A stretch of DNA of 39,092 bases from an uncultured Clostridium sp. (lineage in GTDB: Bacteria > Bacillota > Clostridia > TANB77 > CAG-508), in the NCBI GenBank assembly GCA_947571975.1, contig CANPAC010000003.1, positions 1-39,092 of the forward strand, read 5' to 3'. This document shows positions 1 through 10,240 of this stretch, in pieces. The first letter of the stretch is position 1; every line of letters begins with the position of its first letter. Both the position numbers and the translations under genes were made by a program. The notes under the pieces were generated by a model, which saw only the letters and a program-made list of their open reading frames with translations, searched no databases and was not told the DNA's origin.

Positions 1-140
1 AATGGCTAAAGTGTGCCTGTCCCAACTTAGCCATCAACATAAAATCAAGAGTTGTGGAGAATAAAATCATAATTATTTTTCACTGAACAAAAATACCCTC
101 TTAAAGTTATACTTAAAAAGGATATTTTCTAATTTATTAA

Positions 141-1860
141 TTACATTCCTAATATATATGGATTGTCACGTGTTCCATCTCCATCTATTACTTTGGCGTC
201 CTCTTTTACTAAGAATACTGGGCGGAAACCTTTAGTTACACTCGAACCAGTAATTGACCACCACTTACCGAGTTGAAGTATTATTATAATAACTAATATT
301 AAGAAAAGTATTTAATTTAGCCTCAGTTGGCGCCTCAGTTGTTGGTAATGATGCCACCCCAAACTGTCCAAGATACTCACCTGGGACATATGCACATCTT
401 TTACATATCCAGCTTTCTGTTCTATCTAGTTGTAATCCTAAACTAATAATTGCCGAACAATCTCTGACTCTATTAATAGTTAATTCATATGGTTTCTTAA
501 TTTTGTAAGAACTATTTTTTGCAGGAAATTTATCAAGATTATTTCCTGCTGCAAACCAATTAGCACCATTTTTTTCAGGATCAGCTTCCCAAGATTGGCA
601 TCCAATACATCTAGCATTAGATACTGGGCCATCAGCTAAAAGATACTCCTTAGCATAACCATTCAATGTTTTACATACATTATTGTAAGAAGCCATTGAA
701 AGAACCCCAGCTTGATTAATGTCTGTACGGTCTGAAGAACTTGCAGATTTAACAGTTATTGTACTATCACTTGCTGTAACCTTTGAATCACTACTACCCA
801 AAGTAATATTACGAACACTATCATCTGCAAAAATTTGAACTCCAGCTGAACTCTCAGTAAATGCATTTGAATCATAGCTATTATTATATAGTACTCTACA
901 TAGTATGTTGTTATATTTTACATATGGACTTTTCTTTGCCTCTTCTGTAGCTGTTGTATCTATCCTTAATACATCTTTTGCCTTTTGATCTCCTATAGTT
1001 ATTGTTATTTCCTTCGTAAATGTCCTACCATCACTTGCTGTTGCAGTTATTGTCACTGTTGCTGTTCCACTTTGTGTCCCTGCTGTTATAGTCCTATTTT
1101 CTTCATCTATTGTTATTAAATCACTATTTGTTGTAATTGTATATGTTAATTCCTCTACATTTTCTGCTGGTGTTGTTGTTACTTCTATTAATTTAGTTTC
1201 ATCATTTTTTATTGTAATATTTGCTATATTTATATCTGTTACTTTTGATACAATTTCTACTCTACATGTTGCTTGACATTCTGTTCCTTCTATTTTTGCA
1301 GTTATTATTACTGCTCCGCTAGTTCCTACTGCTGTTACTTTCCCATTTTCTACTGTTGCTACTGTTGCATCTGATGTACTCCATGTTATATTTCCTTCTA
1401 TATCTCCTGTTTTTGTTACTGTTAGTAGCTTACTATCACCTGATAATATTTTTAAATGTGTACTATTTAAAGATATTCCATTTACTTCTTGTACTTTTCC
1501 ATCTTCTGTTATTTGAAAGATAAATCCATTATGGCTTATTTTCCATGGTAATTTTCCATCTTCACCTTTTTCAATTTCTTCATCTGTAAATCCATAGTTT
1601 TTTAGTTCACTTTCTAGAGTTTTTTTATTAATTTCTGTTCCATTTTCTCCTATTCTTGATGCCATTACTGCTAATTTTATTTTTTCTTCAATCTCAGCTT
1701 TCTCACTTCTTAATTTTGCTGCTGACGCTTTAGTTAGTATTCCATTTTCTCCCGTTAAAGTAGCTATACTTATTGCTGCTAAAATTAATAACACTATAAT
1801 TGTAATTACTAATGCAATTAGTGTAATACCTTTGCTGTTTATTCTTATTAATTTTCTCAT
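141..1860 (-). CDS. Type IV pilin-like protein with Ig-like (Big_2-type) repeats; full length (~572 aa) needs a +1 shift at CGG 268-270
   Basis: N-terminal KGITLIALVITIIVLLILAA class III-like signal; ITWSTSDATVATVENGKVTAVG Ig-like motif; GAGGTG RBS before ATG 1860. ORF ends ACT-CGG-TAA; the +1 frame continues KWWSITGSSVTKGFRPVFLVKEDAKVIDGDGTRDNPYILGM* to the stop at 141-143. Confidence 0.8.
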
Positions 1861-2022
1861 GTTTATTCTCACCTCTTCTTTTTCTTCTAAATTATGTTAT
1901 TTTGTTATACTGCTTTTTTATTTATATTACATTTTCTATTATTACGCAATGTTTTTTATGTTTTCTTGTGATTCATTAAATGTGAAAGTAAATTCTAGTG
2001 ATAGTTAGGTGCAAAATCCCAT

Positions 2023-2065
2023 TAAAATAGTTGATATATAAAATTTTTATATATCAACTATTTTA
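2023..2065 (-). terminator. Inverted repeat, probable intrinsic terminator after the DnaJ-family gene
   Basis: taaaatagttgatatataaaa / ttttatatatcaactatttta palindrome just downstream of the stop at 2086. Confidence 0.65.
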
Positions 2066-2085
2066 TAGTATTTTCTATATTCCTA

Positions 2086-2958
2086 TTATTGAGTCTTTCT
2101 AGGATTAAAATTTGATATTTCATTTAATTTTTTAAACATTTCTTTTTCTTCTTCTGTCAATTGTTTTGGCACTACTACCTTAATTTCTGCGATTAAGTCT
2201 CCTCTTGTTCCATTTCTATCTTGATAACCCTTTCCTGGAATTTTTATTCTTTCACCACTTTGAATTCCTTGAGGAATGTATATTTTTGTTTCCTCATCAA
2301 TAGAAGCTACATCAGCTCTTGCTCCTAAAGCCGCTTCCCATGGAGTTAATAATAAATCTGTATATAGGTCTTGTCCTTTTAATTTAAATGGTTTGTTATC
2401 CTCTATGTTGACTTTAATAAATAAATCTCCATTTTTTCCACCGTTTTGTCCTTGTTTTCCTTGTCCTATTAAGCGTATCTTCTCTCCATTTTGAATTCCT
2501 TTTGGTATCGCAACTGCTAAATTTCTTATTTTTCCTTCAACTGTTCTAATTGCTATAGTCTTTTCTTTTCCATAAAATGCTTCTTGTATACTAATATTTA
2601 TCCCTGTTTCTATATTTTCTCCTTTTATTGCTTTCTTAGACTCTGTATGTCTTTCTTCTTCTATGTTTCCTAAAAATATATTAATAATTTTCCCTTTCTC
2701 ACCTTTTCCTGTAAATGCTTTTTCATTTTTACCAAAACGTGAATTCCAAATTCTATCATATTTTCTTTTTGATGCAGGTACAGATAAGGTTTTATAAGCT
2801 TCATTTATATCTTTTATTTTTTCCTCTGCTAGTTTATCCCCTACATTTAAGTCTGGATGATATTTTTTAGCAACTTTTCGGTATGCGATTTTTATTTCAT
2901 CTATTGAAACATGACTTGTCTCTAATTCTAATATTTTATAGTAGTTCTTAAATACCAT
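2086..2958 (-). CDS. DnaJ-family co-chaperone without zinc finger (class B, CbpA-like)
   Basis: J domain with KKYHPD motif, DnaJ C-terminal domain (GDLFIKV, LTPWEAALG), no CXXCXGXG repeats; start placed at MVFKNYY after AAGGAAGG. Confidence 0.88.
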   Translation of the reverse strand: MVFKNYYKILELETSHVSIDEIKIAYRKVAKKYHPDLNVGDKLAEEKIKDINEAYKTLSVPASKRKYDRIWNSRFGKNEKAFTGKGEKGKIINIFLGNIEEERHTESKKAIKGENIETGINISIQEAFYGKEKTIAIRTVEGKIRNLAVAIPKGIQNGEKIRLIGQGKQGQNGGKNGDLFIKVNIEDNKPFKLKGQDLYTDLLLTPWEAALGARADVASIDEETKIYIPQGIQSGERIKIPGKGYQDRNGTRGDLIAEIKVVVPKQLTEEEKEMFKKLNEISNFNPRKTQ

Positions 2959-3217
2959 TTTTAACATCCTTCCTTTCTCAAGGCACAAATCCTTCGGTGA
3001 AAAAGAATCTCTATTATTTTTCAACCTTAACATCCTACTCTAATTAGGTAAGCTTATTATACCATATCTAGAAAAAAAATCCATAGTTTTATAAATTTTC
3101 TTAGGTTAAATTTATTTAAAGTTTTAGATAGTAGGATTTTAAGGAACGTACCTAAAGGTATTACTTATCTGTAACTCATTTTTACTCGTAACAGCTAAGG
3201 GCATCCCTAAATCCCAC

Positions 3218-4264
3218 TTAATCTGTTGCTATTTTAATAATTTGATTTAATAATTCTTTATAACTAATACCACTTGCCTCAAATAATTTAGGATACATAC
3301 TAATACTAGTAAATCCTGGTAAAGTGTTAATTTCATTAATATAAATTTGATTCGTTTCTTTTTCTACAAAAAAATCAACTCTTGACAAGCCTTTTCCATC
3401 AATTGCTTTAAAAGCCTTCACAGCTTGTTTTCTTATTTCCTCTTCTATTGATTTAGGAAGATTAGCAGGAATTTCTGTTTTAGATGCTGAATTTTTATAT
3501 TTAGCATCATAGCTATAAAATTCCTCTGCTGATTTTACTTCTCCTACAACAGAAGCTATAACATCTTCATTTCCTAGTACCGCACACTCTACTTCCTTTC
3601 CGACAATTCCTTCTTCAATTAAAATCTTATTATCAAAACTAGATGCTTGCTCTATATATGTTTTTAGTTCTTCTTTATTATTAGCTTTATTTACTCCAAC
3701 GCTTGAACCTGAATTAGATGGTTTGATGAACATAGGAAATTTTAGATTATTACTTACTTTTTCTGCTACTTCTTCTAATTTTAGTCTTGTTTCATTAAAG
3801 TTATTATCTACAAAAATGTAGTCTTGTTTATATTTTCTAATATATTCATATTTTGCTTGTTTTAATCTAGCTTTTTCAAAAACAATTTTTGTATAAACTT
3901 TATCCATTCCCACACTAGAGGCTAATACGCCACATCCAACATATGGTTTTTTTAACAACTCAAATAAACCTTGTATTGTTCCATCTTCCCCATATAATCC
4001 ATGTAATACAGGAAATAAAACATCTAGTTCATTTAGATATTCTACTATATTTTCTATTTCCTTTTTATCTTTTATTTCTTTTCCAATTTCTACTTCTTTT
4101 TGCATTGTTGTTTCATACCAAGTTCCATCTATTCCAATATAAATAGGAAATATTTCATATTTTTCAGTATCTAGATTTTTTAAAACAGAATTGGCCGAAA
4201 CAATAGATACTTCATTTTCTGTTGACATTCCTCCAAAAATAACTCCTAGCCTTTGTTTTATCAT
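3218..4264 (-). CDS. ddl: D-alanine--D-alanine ligase
   Basis: VIFGGMSTENEVS, FPVLHGLYGEDG, KPSNSGSSVG, YSYDAKY, NEINTLPGFT motifs; adjacent to murF. Confidence 0.96.
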   Translation of the reverse strand: MIKQRLGVIFGGMSTENEVSIVSANSVLKNLDTEKYEIFPIYIGIDGTWYETTMQKEVEIGKEIKDKKEIENIVEYLNELDVLFPVLHGLYGEDGTIQGLFELLKKPYVGCGVLASSVGMDKVYTKIVFEKARLKQAKYEYIRKYKQDYIFVDNNFNETRLKLEEVAEKVSNNLKFPMFIKPSNSGSSVGVNKANNKEELKTYIEQASSFDNKILIEEGIVGKEVECAVLGNEDVIASVVGEVKSAEEFYSYDAKYKNSASKTEIPANLPKSIEEEIRKQAVKAFKAIDGKGLSRVDFFVEKETNQIYINEINTLPGFTSISMYPKLFEASGISYKELLNQIIKIATD

Positions 4265-4397
4265 AACAATTTCCTCCTATTAATTTTTATTTAATAGTAT
4301 TTTTATATATTAATATTTTGAAATCAAGACCCAGATTGTTACACCCTAACTATGGTTTGATGAAAAATATTAATATATAAAAATACTTATAATAAAT

Positions 4398-5788
4398 TTA
4401 TTTTATTAACTTTTCTGCTAGTTCAAAAAATTTCATTCCATTTGAAGCCTTGAATAAAATAACATCACCTGGTTTTACTATTTCTTCTAATTTTTCTAAT
4501 ATACTCTCTTTTTTCTCAAAGTAGTAGATATTTTCTTGCTTCATTCCTTGTTTTTTTGCTTCATTTTCTATATATTTTGCATATTCTCCGCTAAGCATTA
4601 CTATGTCTATCTTGTTTTCATATACTTCTTTTCCTACTTGTTCATGGAGTTGTTTAGTATATTCTCCTAATTCTAACATATCTCCTAAAACAGCAATTTT
4701 TCTATTTCCTTCTGTTTTTGCTAGATAACTAAGACTTGCTCCGCATGGATTCTAAACTTGCATTATAGGCATCATTAATTACTTTTACTTTATTATCTAA
4801 TTCTACAATGTCCATTCTTTTTTTAGTTAATTCAAAAGTTTCAATTCCTTTTATTATTTTTTCATTTTCTATTTTTAATGTTTTTGCAACAGTTAGCGCG
4901 CATAGGGCATTTAATACAAAATGCTCTCCTCCTACTGGTACTGTTATTTTAATTTTTCCGTCTTTCGTTAGGCAAGTAAATTGGCTTTTATCATTTTCTA
5001 ACTTGATGTTACTTGCTTTGTTATCACTTAAATTTTGAATACCATAAGTGATAATATTTTTTTCGTTCTTGTTTTCTTCATACCATTGGTGTAGTAAATC
5101 ATTATCATTGTTAATAATAACCGTTGGATTTTTGTTTCCTTCTAATATCTCTAATTTTGCTTTTAAGATATTCTCTCGAGATCCTAAATTTCCTATATGA
5201 GATGTTCCAATGTTTGTAATTACACAAATATCAGGCTTTGCTATGCTAGTTAATAAACTAATTTCTCCAAAATGATTCATTCCCATTTCTAGGACCATAG
5301 CTTCTTCGTCTTGTAGTTTTAATATGGTAAATGGTAAACCTATGTTATTATTGTTATTTCCCATAGTTTTTAGTGTTTTGTATTTTTGAGATACTACATT
5401 TGCTATAATGTCTTTTGTACTAGTCTTTCCAACACTTCCAGTTATTGCTATTACTGGTATTTTATAAAAACTTCGCTTTAGTCTAGCAATAACATATAAA
5501 GCTTCTAATGTATCTTTTACTCTAATTATTTGCTTATTTTTATATTTTTCTAATTCTTGTTTTTTTATTTCTATATCTGACACAATAACACAGTCTGCTC
5601 CATTGTCTAAAGCTTGTTTCCAGAATAAATTACCGTCAAATTTTTCTCCTTTTATGGCTATGTAGGTGTCTCCTTTTCCGAATGGTTCTTGTGTCTTTTG
5701 AGTAATTTTTACATTCGTATTCTAAGCTTCCTTGTATTAGTTCTCCATTTGTTACTTCTAGTATTTCTTTGATTGTTAAATTTTTCAA
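4398..5788 (-). CDS. murF: UDP-N-acetylmuramoyl-tripeptide--D-Ala-D-Ala ligase (~462 aa) encoded across three frames with +1 shifts at CGG 5678-5680 and 4741-4743
   Basis: TTG start at 5788 with GAGGTG RBS: MKNLTIKEIL...SKDTRTI-[CGGA]-KGDTYIAIKGEKFDGN; AITGSVGKTSTK P-loop; INDAYNASLESM-[CGGA]-ASLSYLAK...IAVLGDMLELG; FKASNGM C-terminus. Confidence 0.92.
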
Positions 5789-5931
5789 CCTTAGCACCTC
5801 GTTCCTTTATTAAATATTATAAAAAAAGAGTTATCTATCAATCTTTTTCTATCTATTTTATTAATAACGTTTCTTTTGCTAAATTATATGCTTATTTTTT
5901 GTTTTTTGCAACCTTATTTTTGTTTTGAAAG

Positions 5932-6009
5932 TCACGGATTAAGGATTTAAAAAATCACTGGTTATAATTTATAAAAATCACGGATTAAAATCGACAAATT
6001 TCACGGATT
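5932..6009. repeat. Four TCACGGATT-like direct repeats at exact 23-bp spacing
   Basis: tcacggatt at 5932, tcactggtt at 5955, tcacggatt at 5978 and 6001, upstream of the AAA/DUF4143 gene. Confidence 0.8.
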
Positions 6010-6127
6010 GGTGTAAAATATTATTATATAATACTTTATAAAAATTGATATTAGTCTGGAAGATATTAAAATCTTTCATTACTATGTGCGCCTTAAGAAA
6101 CAAAGCGAGAAATGAATAAATTTTAAT

Positions 6128-6640
6128 ATGGAAATAAAAAACTATAAAAAAAGAATAGCAGACAATAAAATAGAACATTATTTAAAATTATTTGGAGCAG
6201 TTTGTATAGAAGGTCCTAAGTACTGTGGCAAGACATGGGCAGGAAGAAATCATTCAAATAGCGAAGTTCTATTACACAAAACTACTGGAGAAGCCTCTAA
6301 TAATGTAGAACTTGCTAAAATGTCTCCATCAATTATACTAGAAGGGAAAAAGCCAAAATTAATTGATGAATGGCAGGAAGCTACTAATCTATGGGATGAG
6401 ATTCGAGAAGTAGATAGTATAATAGAATTAGAAAATGGAGAATGGTGTGCTTTCGAAATAAAACTTGGTGCTAATAAAATTGATGAAGCAGCCAAAAATT
6501 TGTTGAATTTGAAACAGAAAATAGAAAAAGAAAATGGAAAAATACCTTCTGTTCTTTGTGTAATATGTGGACTTTCTAATATAGCTTATCAAAGACCTGA
6601 TGGAGTATATGTTGTACCAATTACTGCATTAAAACCATAA
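6128..6640 (+). pseudogene. AAA_14/DUF4143-family ATPase with a large in-frame internal deletion
   Basis: Walker A (EGPKYCGKT) and Walker B (LIDEWQ) joined directly to the C-terminal EVD..IELENG..AFEIKLG motif near 6406; 170 aa versus 395 aa for the intact family member at 14015-15202. Confidence 0.75.
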
Positions 6641-6795
6641 AATATAATATTCTAACCTATTAGAAAACATACTATAAAAGAAAATGCTGAAAAAGTAGAA
6701 AAAATAGTAAATTGGAAAATAATTTTTTTCTGATTCGCTATTTTGGTTACTTTTTCATCATTTCCTTTAAATTCTTTTTTATTTCGATTGTTATT

Positions 6796-7487
6796 TTAAT
6801 AATTTTCTAACTCAAGCTTATATGCTTCACCATCTATAATTTTATCCATAAGTTTAACCCATGTCCCATCCTGTTCCTTTAAATGAATCGATCCTTGGCT
6901 TCCGTAATTTTGACAAACATATCCGTCTCCGTACATCATAATCCCATGCAAACATTTTTTGAAAAGAATCTATAACCGCATTCACACCACTTAAATACGG
7001 ATTCTCAGAATCCATTTCTGGAAATTGTTTAAAATTATCTTTACAATTCAACCAATCCATCCAAGTATTACCATTATAGGCAGTTAAAGAAACTATTCCA
7101 TCAACTGTAAATTCAATCGAACCGGTCATCCCAAATTCGCTTTACTAAAATATCATATCCTTTATTGTTCGTTATATATTTTTCTCCATTTTCATCTGTT
7201 TTAAAAATAAATTCTTTATTTTCTATATAATCTTTATCATATTTAGCAATAATACTATTAGCTTCATTTTTAGTTATTTTCCCTTCGTTTGTCGCTTGCA
7301 CTCCTAGTATATCCGCTCTTGCTTCTTCTATAGTTTTAGCTATTTCTGTCTCTTTTTTAGCTGTATCTGCCTTTGTTAATACTCCATTTTCTCCTGTTAA
7401 TGTTGCTATGCTTATAGCTGCTAAAACTAATAAAACAATTATTGTAATTACTAATGCAATTAAAGTTATCCCTTTACTATTTTTCAT
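6796..7487 (-). CDS. Type IV pilin-like protein (~229 aa) encoded across three frames with +1 shifts at CGG 7122-7124 and 6929-6931
   Basis: MKNSKGITLIALVITIIVLLVLAA start; IWDD-[CGGT]-SIEFTVDG; WDYDV-[CGGA]-DGYVCQNYGSQ...KIIDGEAYKLELENY* to the stop at 6796-6798. Confidence 0.75.
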
Positions 7488-7850
7488 TTTTCTTTCGTCT
7501 CCTTTTTGTTTTCTTTTATTATAATTAATCTTATCTGCTTTTGCAATAAAATACATATTTGAATTGTTATCTTTTTTACATAATGCATTTTTAAAGATTA
7601 CAAATCAACAACAGACAATTTATAAAACTATTGATACAAAAAAATAGAATTATACAAATATCTTTCAATATACTTCTATTTTTAATTAACCTTCAATTAG
7701 CCTTTCTAAGTCCACATTTTCATTTTTTACTATTTCTATTTCTGTATCTTCTGAAAATAGCTCTGAACTACTCTTTATATACTTTTGAGCATTTTCTCTT
7801 GAAAAAAAAGTATATTTTTTTCCTTCTGTACTTTGATATGTAAAAATTCT

Positions 7851-7896
7851 AAAACGAAATGAAGCCAAGCTATAAAACCTGACTCCATTTCGTTTT
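7851..7896 (-). terminator. Hairpin downstream of the sspF-like gene
   Basis: aaaacgaaatg...catttcgtttt inverted repeat immediately after the stop at 7898. Confidence 0.55.
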
Positions 7897-7897
7897 G

Positions 7898-8077
7898 TTA
7901 TTTGTTTTCTACACTTCTGTTAGCTATTTCGATAGCTTTTGTAACAATATTTCCACATTGTTTTGATGAAACATTTGCCCAACTTCCACCATCTTGTTTT
8001 ACTTGGTCATAAACACCTAACTCTTTTGCTATTTCTTCTCTCAAATTTTCAGATATTAATTTACTATTTCTAGACAT
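7898..8077 (-). CDS. sspF: Small acid-soluble spore protein, alpha/beta family (SspF-like), 59 aa; not in the ORF track
   Basis: MSRNSKLISENLREEIAKELGVYDQVKQDGGSWANVSSKQCGNIVTKAIEIANRSVENK; EIAKELG motif; GGAGGA RBS. Confidence 0.8.
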   Translation of the reverse strand: MSRNSKLISENLREEIAKELGVYDQVKQDGGSWANVSSKQCGNIVTKAIEIANRSVENK

Positions 8078-8257
8078 AACATCCTCCTAAAATAAATCTT
8101 TTTATTAAGATTTTATCATAAAACTTAAATTTAAGTTTTATAATTATAGTATGAACCATTTTTCAAATTTTATTTTGACATTTTTTATATTTTTTATACT
8201 TTTTTTGTCAAAATATGATATAATAAATTTGATTACTTAAGTACAAGGAGATTGATT

Positions 8258-10153
8258 ATGAGCAGTAAGAATGATATTCTAGAAAAAGAAGAAAATATAA
8301 TAAAAACAGAAGATTCGCAAATGACTGAAACTACTGAAAAAAAGAAAACAAAATCGAAAGCAAAAGCAAAAGAAAAAGAAAAAGCAACTACGGAAGAAAC
8401 TGTAGCAGATGTTTCTACAGAAGCCACTACAGAAACAATAGTAGAAGAAAAACATAAACTAGATGAAAAAATTTCCGTAGAAGACGAAAATGAAATAGTA
8501 GAAATTTCAGTAGATAATTTAGAAACAGAAGCTTCCCTACAAGACTCTGAAGAAAACTCTAAAAATCAAGCAGAAAATGAAGAAACTAAAAATCCAGAAG
8601 AGTTGCCAGCAGAAGAAGTATTAGACGAGACGCAAGACGAAGTGCAAAATGAAGCACCAGTAGAAGAGACTTCTGAAACTTCTGAAAATATAAAAGAGAA
8701 AAAGTCAACAGATGTTCTTTCTATTTTTACATTATTAGTAGTTCTTTTTGTTGCGCTTGTCGTTGTAGGATTTACCATTTTTACTATTTACAACGTTTTA
8801 AATACAAATATAATTTCAGGTGTACATATTAAAGGAGTTAATGTTTCAAATTTAAGTCCTTCTGACGCAAAATATCAATTAGATAATTATTTGCAAGACA
8901 AGTTGCCAGAAGAAATAAAATTAAAACATAATGATTTTGAAACTACTATTTCCCTTTCACAAATGGATATTACATTTGACACAAAAACTGCTACTAATTC
9001 AGCTTTTTCAATTGGAAGGCAAGGAAATATTTTCGAAAATAATTTAGAAGTTTTATCTATGATGTTTAGTAGTGTTAATATTGAACCAAAAGTTACTGTT
9101 AATAAAGAGTTATTAACTAAAAACTTAGAAGACCTTTCTTCTCAATTACCTGATAGTGTAGTTCAAAGTAGCTATTATATAGAAAATAATGAATTAATTA
9201 TTACTTCTGGAAAAGATGGATATGTTGTAGATGTACCTACTACAATTGAATCTATTAAAAATTCAATTTCAACTTTTTCAGCTTTAAATCAGCCTATAGA
9301 ACTTGCTGTAAAGTCAGCTAAACCAGATGAAATTAATATAGAACAGATATATAATGAAGTTCACAAAGACCCAGTTGATGCTTATTATACCAAAGATCCA
9401 TTTGAAATTCATCCTTCAGAAAATGGCATAGATTTTAAAGTTTCTTTAGAAGAAGCTAAAGCTATGATTTCTTCTGAAGAAAAGGAAGAATATACAATTC
9501 CACTAAATATTCTTTATCCTAATGTTACAACTAATATGATTGGTACAGAAGCTTTTCCAGATATGCTTTCTACTTTTTCTACAAAATATGCTGCTAGTAA
9601 CCGAAACAGAACAACAAACTTGATTTTAGCAGCTAATAAGATAAATGGAACTGTTATTATGCCTGGCGAAACCTTTTCTTATAATAAAGTAGTTGGTGCA
9701 AGAACTATTGCTGCTGGCTACAAAGAAGCTCCTATATATGTGCAAGGACGTGTTGAAGATGGCCTTGGTGGAGGTATTTGTCAAATCACTTCTACTTTAT
9801 ATAATGCAGTAATATATGCTAACTTAGAAATAACACAAAGAACTAATCATCAATTTGTTCCTTCTTACGTAACTGCTAGTAGAGATGCTACTGTTGTATA
9901 TGGAGCTCTTGATTTTCAATTTAAAAATAACAGAAATTATCCTATCAAATTAGTTTGCTCTGTTTCTGGTGGAGTAGCTACTTTCCAAATTTTTGGTATG
10001 AAACAAGATGATGATTATGAAGTTGAAATTTCTGCATATCAAACAGGTAGAACTTCTACTGCTATTTACTCAGAAGCTTATAAAATTTTAAAACGTGATG
10101 GAAAAGTAGTTGATAGACAATTATTATCAAAAGATACTTATAAAAGACATTAA
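8258..10153 (+). CDS. VanW-family (YoaR-like) membrane-anchored protein with acidic N-terminus
   Basis: Acidic N-terminal region, one TM helix, NRTTNLILAA..INGTVIMPGETFSYN..GGGICQITSTLYNA..DFQFKNN VanW motifs. Confidence 0.88.
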   Translation: MSSKNDILEKEENIIKTEDSQMTETTEKKKTKSKAKAKEKEKATTEETVADVSTEATTETIVEEKHKLDEKISVEDENEIVEISVDNLETEASLQDSEENSKNQAENEETKNPEELPAEEVLDETQDEVQNEAPVEETSETSENIKEKKSTDVLSIFTLLVVLFVALVVVGFTIFTIYNVLNTNIISGVHIKGVNVSNLSPSDAKYQLDNYLQDKLPEEIKLKHNDFETTISLSQMDITFDTKTATNSAFSIGRQGNIFENNLEVLSMMFSSVNIEPKVTVNKELLTKNLEDLSSQLPDSVVQSSYYIENNELIITSGKDGYVVDVPTTIESIKNSISTFSALNQPIELAVKSAKPDEINIEQIYNEVHKDPVDAYYTKDPFEIHPSENGIDFKVSLEEAKAMISSEEKEEYTIPLNILYPNVTTNMIGTEAFPDMLSTFSTKYAASNRNRTTNLILAANKINGTVIMPGETFSYNKVVGARTIAAGYKEAPIYVQGRVEDGLGGGICQITSTLYNAVIYANLEITQRTNHQFVPSYVTASRDATVVYGALDFQFKNNRNYPIKLVCSVSGGVATFQIFGMKQDDDYEVEISAYQTGRTSTAIYSEAYKILKRDGKVVDRQLLSKDTYKRH

Positions 10154-10169
10154 TAATTTATATAACTTC

Positions 10170-10194
10170 GAAAGGCTGCTAATTGCAGTCTTTC
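10170..10194 (+). terminator. Hairpin between convergent VanW-like gene and ypeB
   Basis: gaaaggctgc-taatt-gcagtctttc. Confidence 0.55.
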
Positions 10195-10240
10195 ATTTGA
10201 TTCTTTGCTAGCTTTGTGCCTGTCCCAAAGGTAACCACTT

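Noticed and set aside
5932-6009. 23-bp periodic repeats as CRISPR or replication origin
   Set aside because: The repeat (9 bp) and spacer (14 bp) are too short for CRISPR; no rep gene or DnaA-box cluster seen.
6854-6928. C-terminus RRRICLSKLRKPRIDSFKGTGWDMG of ORF 6854-7129 as real protein
   Set aside because: The frame has three CGG codons within ten codons, atypical here; the +1 frame after the first CGG gives normal codon usage and a longer open frame.
7686-7868. 60-aa minus-strand ORF
   Set aside because: Its TTG start lies inside the terminator hairpin with no RBS; at most the 3' remnant of a deleted gene.
8258-10153. VanW plus ddl as a vancomycin-resistance cluster
   Set aside because: No vanH/X/R/S present; ddl has the YSYDAKY omega-loop typical of D-Ala-D-Ala ligases and lies with murF; VanW-domain proteins are common in spore formers.
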